Shown here in pieces: positions 38,380 to 49,165 of a stretch of 64,000 nt of DNA. The DNA comes from Planctomycetota bacterium (lineage in GTDB: Bacteria; Planctomycetota; Planctomycetia; JALXBF01), in assembly GCA_026991575.1 (NCBI GenBank), contig JALXBF010000065.1, positions 1 to 64,000 on the forward strand, in the 5' to 3' direction. The notes under the pieces were generated by a model that searched no databases, was not told the origin of the DNA, and saw nothing but the letters and a program-made list of their open reading frames with translations. Position 1 is the first letter of the stretch. Each line of letters opens with the position of its first letter. A program made the translations under genes and the position numbers.

Positions 38380-40363
38380 TTGCCTATTCTGTGTATCCTT
38401 CCCATATGTCCAGACCCCCTCTACCAATTACCGCCTCGGGCGTCAAGCCCCGGTTGTAGTGTGTGATGCAACGAGCTTGGCGGCTGTTAAGGGGAGGCAC
38501 GGGATGCCCAGGCGGTGAGGGATCGCCGCGGCGTCGATTCGCAGCCTGGCCGGTCGTGGGTTGTGCACGGCCTCATGCGGCTGCCGATATCTGCCCGCTG
38601 CTACCTCTCTGCAAGGGGAGCCAGTTCAGCCTATGGCCGGGTTCAGCCAGGGGCAGCGGCCCCGTAGCCGGGCGCGCGCTCCGAACCGCATATGTGGATC
38701 TCCCGCATCCGACTAGCCGCTCGGCGATCCTGGCGCGAAGAAGTCCCGCCGACCGTCTGCGGGGACTGGGCCCAGGCTCAACAGCCCACACCCATGCGGG
38801 CACTCAAGTGCCATCCCCATGACCAGGGCCGCGGCCGACCTCCGGCCACGTGGCTTCGGCCAGTACCCCACTTCACCCTCTCCACGTCGGCAGGCCCTCC
38901 GCGGACACTGACGGCAGTGCTTGCCTGTCACTTGCCGGTCGTCTCCGGGCTCATTGTTCCCTTCGCTCTAGGACCGTTACGCCGCCGTGCCACTTGCTTG
39001 CGACCCTCCGGCTGCTGGTGGGCCGGTTTGCCACGGGCTCGGTACTCTGCCACGTCCGCTGCGCCGAATACCAAGCAGACGGCGGGGAGGCATCTTTTTC
39101 AGAGCTCCCCGGCTTCATTAGCCACTCCTCGCGTCCTGCGCCCGCAAGGCCCCCGTCGTTCGCGCCGCCGGACCCTCCAGACGTTCGATCCCCATCTCAC
39201 CGACGTCGCCATGGGGATCAGGCTGTTCCCCCACCACTGACGTGCTTCCCAGAAGATGTTCTTGGCCATTGGGCCGATCACTCGCCAAAACGTCGGGCTG
39301 GATTGGTTCCGTGCCGTGCCGACTGCTTGGCTCCGTACTATGCGCGCCCCTCAAACGGACACGGTGGTTGTCAGCTAGAAGAGCTCCCTAAACCGCGACC
39401 GAGACTTCCACTTCGCTGGACCGGAGCACTTCGATCCGCCCTACCGTTGACTGTTGCGATCAGCCAAACTGAGCGATCAGGGCCGCCACGCGCATTGGCT
39501 CACTGCATAACTCCGACGAGCTCCCCTGAACGCCGAGTCGTCTGCTCACTCCAGGGATAGGGCAGGCGACCGGCTGATGCCCGGCATCACGACCACGGGG
39601 CGATCTAGCGGGGTCAACACTGTAGGCGACCTCACTGGGGCTGCATCCTGTTCAGCCTCTCCAGACTGAGCGCTGAGAAGCAACGCAGAGGTGGACACCA
39701 GGGAGGCCGTCGGCGGTCTGCCCTGACGGTGGGACCTGATGCGCAGAGGGGGTTCACGCGATGGTCTGCGCGAACGGGCGGACGCTGGCATCGCGTGTCC
39801 CCGTGCGCGTAGCGTCCGTCGGGTAGCGCCGGTGGCCAAGTAGGATCCTCCGGAATCCGTGCTGGAAGGCCTGGGCACTGGCGGTGTGGCTGTAGCAGCC
39901 CCCAGCGCCACGCCCGCGCGGGGGCTTTGTGGCGACCCGGATGCAGCACCGCGCGTGGTAGGCCGGCGCCGTGCTGGCGGCGCCTCGCTTGGAATGCCTG
40001 CGTACGGATCCCGACGCTGGGGCGCTGCCATGGGGGTTGTCGAGAGGTAGACACGAGAGAGTCAACATGGGTGAGCGAACGCCACCTCATCCAATCCTAC
40101 CGGCGCGCGGCTAGCGTCTGGCGTGCTCATAGGGGCCGCCCGGTGCGAATCCGCCTTGGTCCGAGCCCAGCTGCCAAAGACTGGCTCGGCGAAAGCTCAC
40201 GCCGCGGCCAATTGCGCAGCAGTCGAGTTGGCCCCCCCTTGGCTTGCGTGCTCTAGACCTCTGTTGCCGGAAGGATAGAATCAAACGGAGCCGGCAGGAT
40301 GCAGAGCAGGGCTGCTACTTTGGCTCGCGCGGGCATGCCCCGTGTGCCAAAGGAGGAAGCGGG

Positions 40364-41179
40364 ATGTCTGGAGTGCTTGCGATCGCGAATCAAAAGGGGG
40401 GGGTCGGCAAGACTACCACGGCTGTAAACTTAGCCGCGGCATTCTCGTTGGCCGGCATTAGTTGTCTCGTTGTGGATGCCGATCCCCAGTGCAACGCCAC
40501 GACCGGGCTTGGCGTCCAGCCTCTGCCACGGCACCCGTGGCTGATGAGGGAGCCGCTGGAGGAGTTCATTCAGCGCACGGAAGACGGGCCGCTGCTCCTT
40601 CCCAGCTCTCCCTGCCGGGCTGACGCAGACTTGCTGTCCACCCCAAGTCCGCCACGCCTGGAGCGGATTCAGCGCAGATTCAACCGAGTCCTTGGGCAGT
40701 ACGACGCGGTACTTATCGATTGTCCACCGTCCTTGGGCCAAATCACGCGGATCGCGCTTTCGCTGGCCGATCACGTGCTAGTGCCGCTCCAATGCGAGTA
40801 CTTCGCCATGGAAGGACTGGCCCTGATGTCGGAGCTGATACGCCAAGTGGCTGCCCAGTCAGATCGAGAACTCTCGGTAGCCGGCATCCTGCTTAATCAA
40901 TTCGACCCCGACTGGCAGCTGGCGCACGAGGTCGCAGAGGAGGTGCGCCGCCATCTCGGCCCGCAGGTGCTAAGAACGGTCATCCCGCGAGATGAGGCCA
41001 TCAGTGCTGCGTCGAGTCACGGCAGAAGCGTGCTGGGCTACGACATTCGTTCCCGCGGAGCGTTTGCCTACGTGCTGTTGGCACTCGAGCTGATCAAACG
41101 CTTCATGTTGCCACAGCATTCGGGGGGCGTGGACGAGGAATCAAGCAGACCAAGGGGTGCTGGTCTGAAGTCTGACTAG
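40364..41179 (+). CDS. parA: ParA/Soj chromosome partitioning ATPase
   Basis: NQKGGVGKTTT, DADPQCNAT, IDCPPSLG, PLQCEYFAMEGL; SD AAGGAGG. Confidence 0.95.
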   Translation: MSGVLAIANQKGGVGKTTTAVNLAAAFSLAGISCLVVDADPQCNATTGLGVQPLPRHPWLMREPLEEFIQRTEDGPLLLPSSPCRADADLLSTPSPPRLERIQRRFNRVLGQYDAVLIDCPPSLGQITRIALSLADHVLVPLQCEYFAMEGLALMSELIRQVAAQSDRELSVAGILLNQFDPDWQLAHEVAEEVRRHLGPQVLRTVIPRDEAISAASSHGRSVLGYDIRSRGAFAYVLLALELIKRFMLPQHSGGVDEESSRPRGAGLKSD

Positions 41180-41326
41180 CTGGCGCGGCACCTACAAGCG
41201 CTGCGGCAAGCCGTGGTCGCGGGAGCGCGGTGTCGCCAACCAGAATTGCCATCTCCCATTGTCGGGAACCGCCACGTCTCTCAGAATACGGGCCGCTGCT
41301 CGGATTGGTACGTTCGGAGGTGTGCA

Positions 41327-42253
41327 ATGGCACGAAAGGACAAGCGACGGCTTGGGCGAGGAATCGAGACACTGTTGACCGGGTCCTTGAGCGGCGCTCC
41401 TGAGGCGGAGCTGCTCAGTGAGGTCGCTGATCTGGATGCTGCCGAGTTCCAGTGGATTCCCGTCGCTCAAATCGAACCGAACCCCTATCAACCGCGCGCC
41501 AGCATCAATCCGACGGAGCTTCAGTCGTTAGTCGACAGCATCAAGCAGCATGGCATTCTTCAACCCGTCATCGTAAAGCCGATCGAGGGCGGCTATCAGC
41601 TAATCGCCGGCGAGCGTCGGCTACGTGCCGCAGAACTGGCCGGGTTGCAAACCGTGCCCGCTCGCGTGATTCCGGATGTGTCGGATCAGCAGATTTTCGA
41701 ATTGGCGATCGTCGAGAATCTCCAGCGCTCCGACCTCAATCCCATCGAGAAAGCGCGCGCCTTCAAAGAGTACCTCGACCGCTTCGGCGGAACGCTCTCC
41801 GATCTAGCCCGGCGCATTGGCCTTGATGCGACGACCGTGTCCAATTTCATTCGCCTGCTTGACCTGCCGCCCGAAATCCAGAAGGACGTCGAGCTTGGTA
41901 AGCTCTCCATGGGCCAGGCCCGAGCCCTGCTGGGCCTAAAAGACCCGGAACAGCAGCTAGATGTCGCTAAGCGGGTCGTGGTGGAACGGTGGTCTGTGCG
42001 GAAAGTCGAAAAGTATGTCTCTAGTGTGAGGCGCAACAGTGAAGACCGGCCCACGGCCGGTAGGGCGGCGTCTCGTACGCCGCACATCGATCGGATCGAG
42101 GATCTTCTCTGCCAGAAGCTTGGCACTGCAGTACAAGTCCAAGTTCAGCGGAAGCACCGCGGTAAGATCGTCATCCCGTACGCCAGCGAGGAGGAATTCG
42201 AGCGGATCGTAGAAACGATCCTTGGCCGCCCGTACGAGGAGCTCGTACGGTGA
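41327..42253 (+). CDS. parB: ParB/Spo0J partitioning protein
   Basis: KRRLGRG N-terminal peptide, PNPYQPR, HGILQP, AGERRLRA, ENLQRSDLNPIE, HTH. Confidence 0.95.
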   Translation: MARKDKRRLGRGIETLLTGSLSGAPEAELLSEVADLDAAEFQWIPVAQIEPNPYQPRASINPTELQSLVDSIKQHGILQPVIVKPIEGGYQLIAGERRLRAAELAGLQTVPARVIPDVSDQQIFELAIVENLQRSDLNPIEKARAFKEYLDRFGGTLSDLARRIGLDATTVSNFIRLLDLPPEIQKDVELGKLSMGQARALLGLKDPEQQLDVAKRVVVERWSVRKVEKYVSSVRRNSEDRPTAGRAASRTPHIDRIEDLLCQKLGTAVQVQVQRKHRGKIVIPYASEEEFERIVETILGRPYEELVR

Positions 42254-42382
42254 CCGTGGGAGATCCGGTCGGTGGTAGCAGTCGAGTCGGGCGGTGTGCC
42301 GTCGGATGTCCGGTGGTCCTCCGTTGACAGCACCACCGCTGTCCGCTACGGTTGCCCGCGTCGGGTGGGTAAGGAGGCGGCA

Positions 42383-43084
42383 GTGAGAATCACGCTCCCC
42401 CCCCAACCGGTCGGTGTTCTCGGTGCAGCATGGTTGCGCTGTTGGATGCGCACCGTGCATGCGTACGTGCATGCGGATCGCATGGTGTGGCCGAGGAAGG
42501 CGACGCAACGCTACATCTACTGCATTTGGCACGAGAACCTACTTGTACCTGTGCACCTGTTCGCACACAGTCACATCGCGACCCTGATCAGCCATCATGT
42601 CGACGGCGAATACATCACCCGCGTCGTTAATCGGATGGGATTCGCTGTAGTCCGGGGATCAAGCACGCGTGGCGGGGGGTCAGCACTGAAGAGGCTTGCT
42701 GAGCTGGCTCGTCGACGCCATCACCACATCGCCCTGACCCCAGATGGACCGCGCGGCCCACGTCGGCGGCTGAAAGGGGGGGTGATCTGCCTGGCGCGGC
42801 TGACCGGACTTCCGGTGATCGCGGTCGGCTTCGGCTATACGGCCGCCTGGCGATTGAACAGCTGGGATCGATTTGTGATCCCCCGACCGGGCTCGACTGT
42901 ACACGTGTGTGTGTCGGAGCCGATCTTCATAAGCAGACAGATCGATGATGAGGACGCGCGCCGCGAACTGCAGCGTGCGATGGAGCGCGTGCAGGATGAA
43001 GCGGAGCGACGGGCCGGTATGCTTGTTGCCGATTTCCCCGCGACGGATCGAAGGGAACGGCCGCCGGTGCGCGCGGCCGCGTAG
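42383..43084 (+). CDS. DUF374 / lysophospholipid acyltransferase family protein
   Basis: WHENL, SHHVDGE, VRGSSTRGG, TPDGPRGP, SWDRFVIP; GTG start after AAGGAGG. Confidence 0.85.
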   Translation: MRITLPPQPVGVLGAAWLRCWMRTVHAYVHADRMVWPRKATQRYIYCIWHENLLVPVHLFAHSHIATLISHHVDGEYITRVVNRMGFAVVRGSSTRGGGSALKRLAELARRRHHHIALTPDGPRGPRRRLKGGVICLARLTGLPVIAVGFGYTAAWRLNSWDRFVIPRPGSTVHVCVSEPIFISRQIDDEDARRELQRAMERVQDEAERRAGMLVADFPATDRRERPPVRAAA

Positions 43085-43096
43085 GTGGAGGTCGAG

Positions 43097-44329
43097 GTGC
43101 GTGATCCAGTTGTTATCACAGGCATCGGCCTCATTACCCCGCTGGCGATAGGACGAAGGGCCAGCTGGGAGTTGATCAAGCGAGGCTGCAGCGGAACCCG
43201 CTTGGTTCGCCTCGTGACGGGCGAGACCGTCATCGGCGGGCCCTCGCCTCTAACGGTGGATGAGGAGGCGGGCGAGCCGGTGGCGGTGTCCTCAAAAGCG
43301 CAGCGCATGGCCTTGTTGGCAGCGGAGGAGGCGCTACAAGACGCGGGTATTCAGCTGCACCGACTCCCCCCCGAACGCGTCGGCTGCGTCTTAGGAGCGA
43401 CGGGTTGCCCGTCTGCAGCGGCCCTGACGGCAGCCCGTGCCGGCAGCGTCACGGATTGGATGAACAGCTATCCGAACATGGCTGCTGCCACGGTGGCCCG
43501 ACGCCTTGGGCTGCGAGGCCCGGTGCTAAGTCCGGCAGCGGCTTGTGCTACAGGGCTGTTTGCCGTCCTGCGCGCAGCCCAGTGTCTCGTCGACGGAGTC
43601 TGCGATGTGGTGCTGGCCGGTAGTTCGGATGCGTCCCTGGACATCTTTACGGTCAGCGGGTTTGAGCGGCTGCGCGTCTTGGCGTCGCGCGAAAGCCCGC
43701 AACAAGCGTGTCGCCCGTTTGACCGCAACCGGTGCGGCTTCGTGATCGGAGAAGGAGCTGCTGTGTTCGTGCTCGAACGTCTCAGCCGCGCGGTCCGCAG
43801 GGGGGCTTTTGTCTATGCTGTACTGGAAGCAGGTGTCCTGGGCAGCGATGCCTACCACGTCACCGGGCTGAACCCGGATCCCAGCGGCGTGGCGGAATTG
43901 ATCCGGCGGTGCTTGCGACGTGCCAGAATCAGCCCACGTGACGTTGACTACATCAACGCTCACGGAACCGCGACAAAGGTCAACGACCTCACCGAGGCGC
44001 AGGCCATCCGCATGGCGTTCGGCAAGTACGCAGAGCGCGTAAAGGTCAGCGCTACGAAGTCGATGATCGGGCACCTCATCTGCGCAGCAGGTGGTGTAGA
44101 GCTGGCCGTCACTGCGTTGGCCGTCGCCGACGGCTACGTACCGCCGACCGCTAACGTCACAGACCCTGATCCCGAATGTGCCATCGATTGTACGCCCATC
44201 CGCGGGGTAGCAAGGCCGATCGAGACAGCCCTGAAGCTGTCGATCGCATTCGGCGGCCACTTCGGCGCAGCCATCCTCCGCCATCCGCATGTCTACGGGT
44301 TGGCGACACCTGTCCGTCGGGCGGCCTGA
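43097..44329 (+). CDS. Beta-ketoacyl-ACP synthase (FabF-like)
   Basis: VVITGIG, AACATG, RPFDRNRCGFVIGEGA, NAHGTAT, KSMIGH, FGG; Cys-His-His triad present. Confidence 0.88.
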   Translation: MRDPVVITGIGLITPLAIGRRASWELIKRGCSGTRLVRLVTGETVIGGPSPLTVDEEAGEPVAVSSKAQRMALLAAEEALQDAGIQLHRLPPERVGCVLGATGCPSAAALTAARAGSVTDWMNSYPNMAAATVARRLGLRGPVLSPAAACATGLFAVLRAAQCLVDGVCDVVLAGSSDASLDIFTVSGFERLRVLASRESPQQACRPFDRNRCGFVIGEGAAVFVLERLSRAVRRGAFVYAVLEAGVLGSDAYHVTGLNPDPSGVAELIRRCLRRARISPRDVDYINAHGTATKVNDLTEAQAIRMAFGKYAERVKVSATKSMIGHLICAAGGVELAVTALAVADGYVPPTANVTDPDPECAIDCTPIRGVARPIETALKLSIAFGGHFGAAILRHPHVYGLATPVRRAA

Positions 44330-44361
44330 GCTAGGTGTGCACGTCGCGCGAAAACCAGTGC

Positions 44362-46434
44362 TCACTGAACCTCGCGGCGCAGGTCAGCCAGACGTTCAAC
44401 AACAATGGGACACTTCGGAATGGAGTCCAGGAATAGTTTGCCGTACCACTTGGTTACGATACGCCGATCCAGTATCACCACGATTCCGCGGTCTGAGCTC
44501 GAGCGGATCAGACGGCCGAATCCCTGGCGGAACTTAAGGATCGCTTGCGGCACCTGGTAGGCCGTGAACGCGTTCTGGCCCTCGCTACGGAGCGCTTCCA
44601 GGTGTGCCTCTAACCAGGGATCGTCGGGCACGCGAAAGGGTAAGCGCGTGATGATCACGTTTTCCAGTGCTGGTCCGGGTACGTCGATACCCTGCCAGAA
44701 GCTGTCGGTACCAAACAGCACCGCCTTAGTGCCGGCCTTAAATTGTTCCAGCAGCCGATGTCTCGGCATCGACTCACCCTGAATCAACAGTTGGATCTCA
44801 TGCTTCTGGGCCCAGGGACGAATCCTGCTGGCTACGTCGTGCATCGTGCGATACGCGGTGAACAGGACCAGTGCTCGACCGCCCGTCCGCTGAGCGAAGT
44901 GGCTTATGGCCTCTGCCAAGGCTGCCTCGTAAGCGGGATGGTCGTTAGGATCTGGCATATCCTCAACGACGTGGATCGTCACTTGTTCCTCGTAGCGGAA
45001 CGGGCTGCCCAGTTGCAGTGTCCTGCGCCGCGGATGCCCGTCCAGTCCGATCTGGCGCTCGAAGAAGCTGAAATCGCCCTGGCCTACGGCGATTGTTGCG
45101 CTCGTGAGGACGCAGGTGTCGACCGAATCAAACAGGTCATTGCGGAGCATGTCGCTGACGCGGATCGGCGCGGCGCGAAGCACGAGACGGTCCCTGCCTC
45201 TTCCGCTCTTCGATTCCACCCAGTACACTCGATCGCCTTCGCTCTGCTGGAGCCAGCTCTGTAGGAGTTCTGACAGCGTGACGAGGCGGTTGACAGCGGC
45301 ACGTATCTCCTGGGCCCATGCCTCGGCGTCCTCATCAGACTTCCTGTTGGCGGGCTTACCCGACCCGGTCGATTCGTGCGGCGATGCCTTCCGTGCCAGC
45401 AGCTCGACGGCCCGCTTCAGCCTGGCCATGACAGAGGGCAACGCGCACTCGATGGATCGTGCAGGGGGGTGTCTGACGCGCTTCCGGCCGGCGTTATGAG
45501 CTTGAAGCCAGGCCGGAAGATGCTGCTCGAAGAACGCGGTTACGTCCGACAGGGCCTGCTGTACGAGCTCTTGCACACGCCGGGACTGCTGCTGGTCATA
45601 GCGTCGGCCCGCAATGGCCAAGCCCCTGTCACGATCTGGATTGAAGATGCGTCGCAAGTTGTACACGAACTGGTGGGCCGTTAGCTCCACACCGTAGTGC
45701 TGGACAGCAACATGCTCAAGCATGTGTGCCTCATCGAAGATAGCCACGTCGTGGTCGGGTAGGAGTGCCCCGCCGACACGGCGCAGCTGCATGTCCACGA
45801 AGTAGAGGCTGTGATTCGCGATCACCAGCTTCGCCTGTTGAATACGGCGGCGAGCGCGGAAATAAAAACAGCGCTCGTAGAAGCGGCAGTTAGAGCCCAT
45901 GCAGTTGTCTGCCTCGCTCTTGACTTCGTCCCACACGACGGGCATCGGAGTGAATGGAAGCTCTGACAACGAACCCTCCTGGCTCTCCAGAGCCCATTGA
46001 TAAATCGCCGCAATCTGCTCGGCAGCCTCGTCCGCATGAAAGAGCGAGACACGGGAACGATAGGCCAGCTCCAGCCGCCGCAGGCTCACGTAATTGGCCC
46101 GCCCCTTCGCCAGTACTGCGGTAAATGCCACCGGAAGCACCCGCTGAAGAAACGGAATGTCTTTGCGGATGAGTTGGTCCTGGAGGTTAAGAGTGTGCGT
46201 AGCGACGACGACGTTGTGGCCTACTGGTCGGTCGGTGGCTGCCAGGATAGCCGGTACCAGGTAGGCGAAGCTCTTGCCGACACCCGTGCCCGCCTCGACG
46301 ACCAAGTGCCTTCCTTCGACGATCGCCTGCAACACAGCCTTAGCCATCTGCAGTTGCTGAGGGCGAAGATCGTAGGAAGGCAGGTGTCGCGCGAGAATCC
46401 CCTGCGGACCAAAGATCTCTTCAAGCCGATGCAT
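44362..46434 (-). CDS. DinG/YoaA-family ATP-dependent DNA helicase
   Basis: RPQQ, EAGTGVGKS, DEAH, TSAT, SFWQGIDVPG, RLPF, QGFGRLIR. Confidence 0.92.
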   Translation of the reverse strand: MHRLEEIFGPQGILARHLPSYDLRPQQLQMAKAVLQAIVEGRHLVVEAGTGVGKSFAYLVPAILAATDRPVGHNVVVATHTLNLQDQLIRKDIPFLQRVLPVAFTAVLAKGRANYVSLRRLELAYRSRVSLFHADEAAEQIAAIYQWALESQEGSLSELPFTPMPVVWDEVKSEADNCMGSNCRFYERCFYFRARRRIQQAKLVIANHSLYFVDMQLRRVGGALLPDHDVAIFDEAHMLEHVAVQHYGVELTAHQFVYNLRRIFNPDRDRGLAIAGRRYDQQQSRRVQELVQQALSDVTAFFEQHLPAWLQAHNAGRKRVRHPPARSIECALPSVMARLKRAVELLARKASPHESTGSGKPANRKSDEDAEAWAQEIRAAVNRLVTLSELLQSWLQQSEGDRVYWVESKSGRGRDRLVLRAAPIRVSDMLRNDLFDSVDTCVLTSATIAVGQGDFSFFERQIGLDGHPRRRTLQLGSPFRYEEQVTIHVVEDMPDPNDHPAYEAALAEAISHFAQRTGGRALVLFTAYRTMHDVASRIRPWAQKHEIQLLIQGESMPRHRLLEQFKAGTKAVLFGTDSFWQGIDVPGPALENVIITRLPFRVPDDPWLEAHLEALRSEGQNAFTAYQVPQAILKFRQGFGRLIRSSSDRGIVVILDRRIVTKWYGKLFLDSIPKCPIVVERLADLRREVQ

Positions 46435-46451
46435 GTCTGGCGGGTGCGGCG

Positions 46452-47564
46452 TCAGGAGCAGGACGGCTGGCTAGCCGTTATCTGCCCCTCAATAGGGCTG
46501 GAAGCCGTCGCGTACAGCTTCCGAGGAATGCGCCCGGCCTTAAAGGCCAGCCGTCCTGCGTCGCAGGCCAACCGCATTGCGTGAGCCATAGCCACGGGGT
46601 CACCAGCCTGGGCGATCCCCGTGTTCAGCAGAACCCCGTCGCAACCTAGTTCCATCGAGATCGCCACGTCGCTGGCCGTGCCAACCCCAGCGTCGATGAT
46701 CACGGGATACTCAGGATCGCCGTCCTTCAAGTACTCAAGGATAATCCGGATGTTGTTCGGATTCAGCACACCCTGGCCGCTGCCGATCGGGCTACCTGCG
46801 GGCATCACACTCGCTGCCCCCACCGCCTTCAACCGCTTGGCAACCACCGGGTCATCGGACGTGTATACCAAGACGGTGAAGCCCTCGGCGACCAGTCTCT
46901 CCGTTGCTTCCAGTGTGGCTACCGGATCCGGAAGCAGCGTCTTCGAATCGCCAAGCACCTCTAGTTTTACCCAGTCTGCGCCGGGATTCCCTAAGTTGCC
47001 CAGCAGCTCCCGAGCCAACCGCGCATAGCGGACCGCGTCATCTGCCGTGTAGCAACCGGCCGTGTTCGGCAGAACCACGTAGCGGGACAGATCCAGGTAA
47101 TCGAGCAGGCTTCGTCCCTCCCGGTCGTACAGGCGTTCGCGGCGTACCGCTACCGTGACCACTTCGCACCCGCTAGCTGCCAGCGCCTGCTGCATCAGCT
47201 CGTAGCTGCGGTACTTGCCAGTTCCCACGAACAGGCGGCTGCGGAACTGGAATGGCCCGATCTTCAGCAAATCGTCCTTCAGAGGATCCTCGGCAACGAA
47301 AGGACTGCCGCCCCCCACGAGCGTGACTACCTCTATCGTGTCCCCCGCGTTCAACACGTGAGCCCCATGCCGAGCCCGCGGTACGAGCTCCCGATTAACT
47401 TCAACGGCCACGGTCTCCGGGCGCAGGTTCATGGCAGCCAGCAACTGGGCAACGGTGCAGCCTGCCGGCAGCAGCTGCTCCTTGCCGTTGACCACCACGC
47501 GGATCCTCGTGCCGGTGGCCGTTTCCGCTGTACCGGAGACGTCTGCCTGCCTGTCTGCTCGCAC
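46452..47564 (-). CDS. thiG: ThiS-ThiG fusion (sulfur carrier / thiazole synthase)
   Basis: VVNG...[12 protein letters not shown]...[10 protein letters not shown] (ThiS) in frame with [28 protein letters not shown] (ThiG); SD GGAGGT. Confidence 0.93.
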   Translation of the reverse strand: MRADRQADVSGTAETATGTRIRVVVNGKEQLLPAGCTVAQLLAAMNLRPETVAVEVNRELVPRARHGAHVLNAGDTIEVVTLVGGGSPFVAEDPLKDDLLKIGPFQFRSRLFVGTGKYRSYELMQQALAASGCEVVTVAVRRERLYDREGRSLLDYLDLSRYVVLPNTAGCYTADDAVRYARLARELLGNLGNPGADWVKLEVLGDSKTLLPDPVATLEATERLVAEGFTVLVYTSDDPVVAKRLKAVGAASVMPAGSPIGSGQGVLNPNNIRIILEYLKDGDPEYPVIIDAGVGTASDVAISMELGCDGVLLNTGIAQAGDPVAMAHAMRLACDAGRLAFKAGRIPRKLYATASSPIEGQITASQPSCS

Positions 47565-47609
47565 ACCGCACCTCCAGAGCCGGCCGCACCCGACTCCTGC
47601 ACCTACCGG

Positions 47610-47639
47610 ATTCTAGAAGTCGCCTTTTCGCCCGGTCAA
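47610..47639 (-). promoter_or_regulatory. Candidate sigma70 promoter for thiS-thiG / DinG genes
   Basis: TTGACC-N18-TAGAAT on the minus strand, 45 nt upstream of the GTG start. Confidence 0.5.
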
Positions 47640-47740
47640 GGAAGCAAACGAGCATCAGAGAAGGGTACACTCAAGGAAGCGTCGTCAGCGTGCAACAGCC
47701 GATCGATCTGACCGGCAGGGCATTGCGACGAGGATGCGTG

Positions 47741-49165
47741 ATGTTGCGCAAGTTAGCTGTTTGCATGGCCTTAGTGGTTCTGTCAACGAGTCTGCCTGGG
47801 ACCATTCCCGCCCAAAGCCGGGCGGCGGATCGCTCACAGCATCGACCAAACATCGTTCTGATCTTGATCGATGATCTCGGCTGGCGCGATCTGGGCTGCT
47901 ACGGGAATCGGTTCCACGAGACGCCGAACATCGATCGCCTAGCTCGTCAGGGCATGCGCTTTACCGACGCCTACGCTGCCGCCCCGGTCTGCTCTCCGAC
48001 CCGCGCAGCGATTATGACGGGCAAGTATCCAGCGAGATTGCAGATTACCGATTTCATCCCAGGGCACTGGCGACCGTGGGCCAAGCTCAACGTGCCGCCG
48101 ATTCGTCACCAGCTGCCGTTGGAAGAGGTGACGTTGGCCGAACTGGTGAAGCAGGCTGGCTATCGGACAGGGTACTTTGGGAAGTGGCACCTTGGTGGGC
48201 GAGCGTTCTTCCCGGACCGCCAGGGATTTGACGACTGGGTAGTAACTTCCGGTCGCCATTTTGCGCCGCGTTTTCGAACGATACCCCCCGAGCGGGTCGC
48301 ACGGGGCACCTACCTGGCCGACTATCTGACTGACAAAGCGGTCAGGTTCATCCGAAAACACCGCGACCAGCCGTTCTTCCTGTTCTTAGCCCATTACGCG
48401 GTGCATATACCGCTGGAGGCCGATCGGGAGCTGATCGAGAAGTACCGTCGCAAGCCGAAACCACAAGAGGGCGTGAACAACCCGATTTACGCGGCGATGG
48501 TCGAGCATGTGGATCGGAGTGTGGGACGCATTGTGGAGGCGCTTGCTGAGCTTGGATTAACCGATCGCACCCTGATCATCTTCACGTCGGACAATGGCGG
48601 ACTTCGCCGCCGTTTTGACCGCCAGGGGCCGGTCGTCAGCAGTTTGGCGCCGTTGCGCGGCGAGAAGGGAACGTTGTACGAAGGGGGATTGCGCGTGCCG
48701 TTGATTGTGTCCTGGCCTGGAGTCGTTCCAGAGCGATCGCTATGTGAACAGCCTGTCAGCAGCATCGACATCTTTCCTACGTTGGCAGATGTCGTGCAGG
48801 TGTCCGTAGCCCGACAGTGGCAGGTGGATGGCGTCAGCTTGATGCCCGTGCTAACCGGCAAGGGGGTGCTGGAGCGACAGGCCCTCTTCTGGCACTACCC
48901 GCACTATCACCATGACGCACCTGCCAGCGCTGTGCGTTCGGGCCCGTGGAAACTGATTCACTTCTACGAAGACGACCGCGACGAACTGTACAACCTCGCG
49001 ATCGATATCGGTGAGACGCGCAACCTGGCGGCCCAGGAGCGTGAACGGGTAGCTGCAATGCGCAAGCTCCTGGACTTGTGGCTCAACGAAGTCGGTGCGC
49101 TGATGCCCACGCCGAATCCGGATTACGACCCCAGCCGCGCGCACATGTGGAAGCGTCGGCGGTGA
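47741..49165 (+). CDS. Sulfatase (formylglycine-dependent, Cys type), exported
   Basis: IDDLGW, CSPTRAAIMTG, GKWHLG, SDNGG, GEKGTLYEGGLRVP; signal peptide. Confidence 0.93.
   Translation: MLRKLAVCMALVVLSTSLPGTIPAQSRAADRSQHRPNIVLILIDDLGWRDLGCYGNRFHETPNIDRLARQGMRFTDAYAAAPVCSPTRAAIMTGKYPARLQITDFIPGHWRPWAKLNVPPIRHQLPLEEVTLAELVKQAGYRTGYFGKWHLGGRAFFPDRQGFDDWVVTSGRHFAPRFRTIPPERVARGTYLADYLTDKAVRFIRKHRDQPFFLFLAHYAVHIPLEADRELIEKYRRKPKPQEGVNNPIYAAMVEHVDRSVGRIVEALAELGLTDRTLIIFTSDNGGLRRRFDRQGPVVSSLAPLRGEKGTLYEGGLRVPLIVSWPGVVPERSLCEQPVSSIDIFPTLADVVQVSVARQWQVDGVSLMPVLTGKGVLERQALFWHYPHYHHDAPASAVRSGPWKLIHFYEDDRDELYNLAIDIGETRNLAAQERERVAAMRKLLDLWLNEVGALMPTPNPDYDPSRAHMWKRRR

Noticed and set aside
38355..40363. 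Definite oriC call
   Set aside because: No TTATCCACA-type box cluster or clear unwinding element seen, and no dnaA nearby
43082..43099. In-frame TAG between DUF374 and fabF-like genes as a read-through fusion
   Set aside because: A GGAGG SD and GTG start follow immediately and both proteins are complete; shared frame has a one-in-three chance
47565..47740. TPP riboswitch upstream of thiS-thiG
   Set aside because: No CTGAGA or matching aptamer core, and the predicted promoter leaves too short a leader
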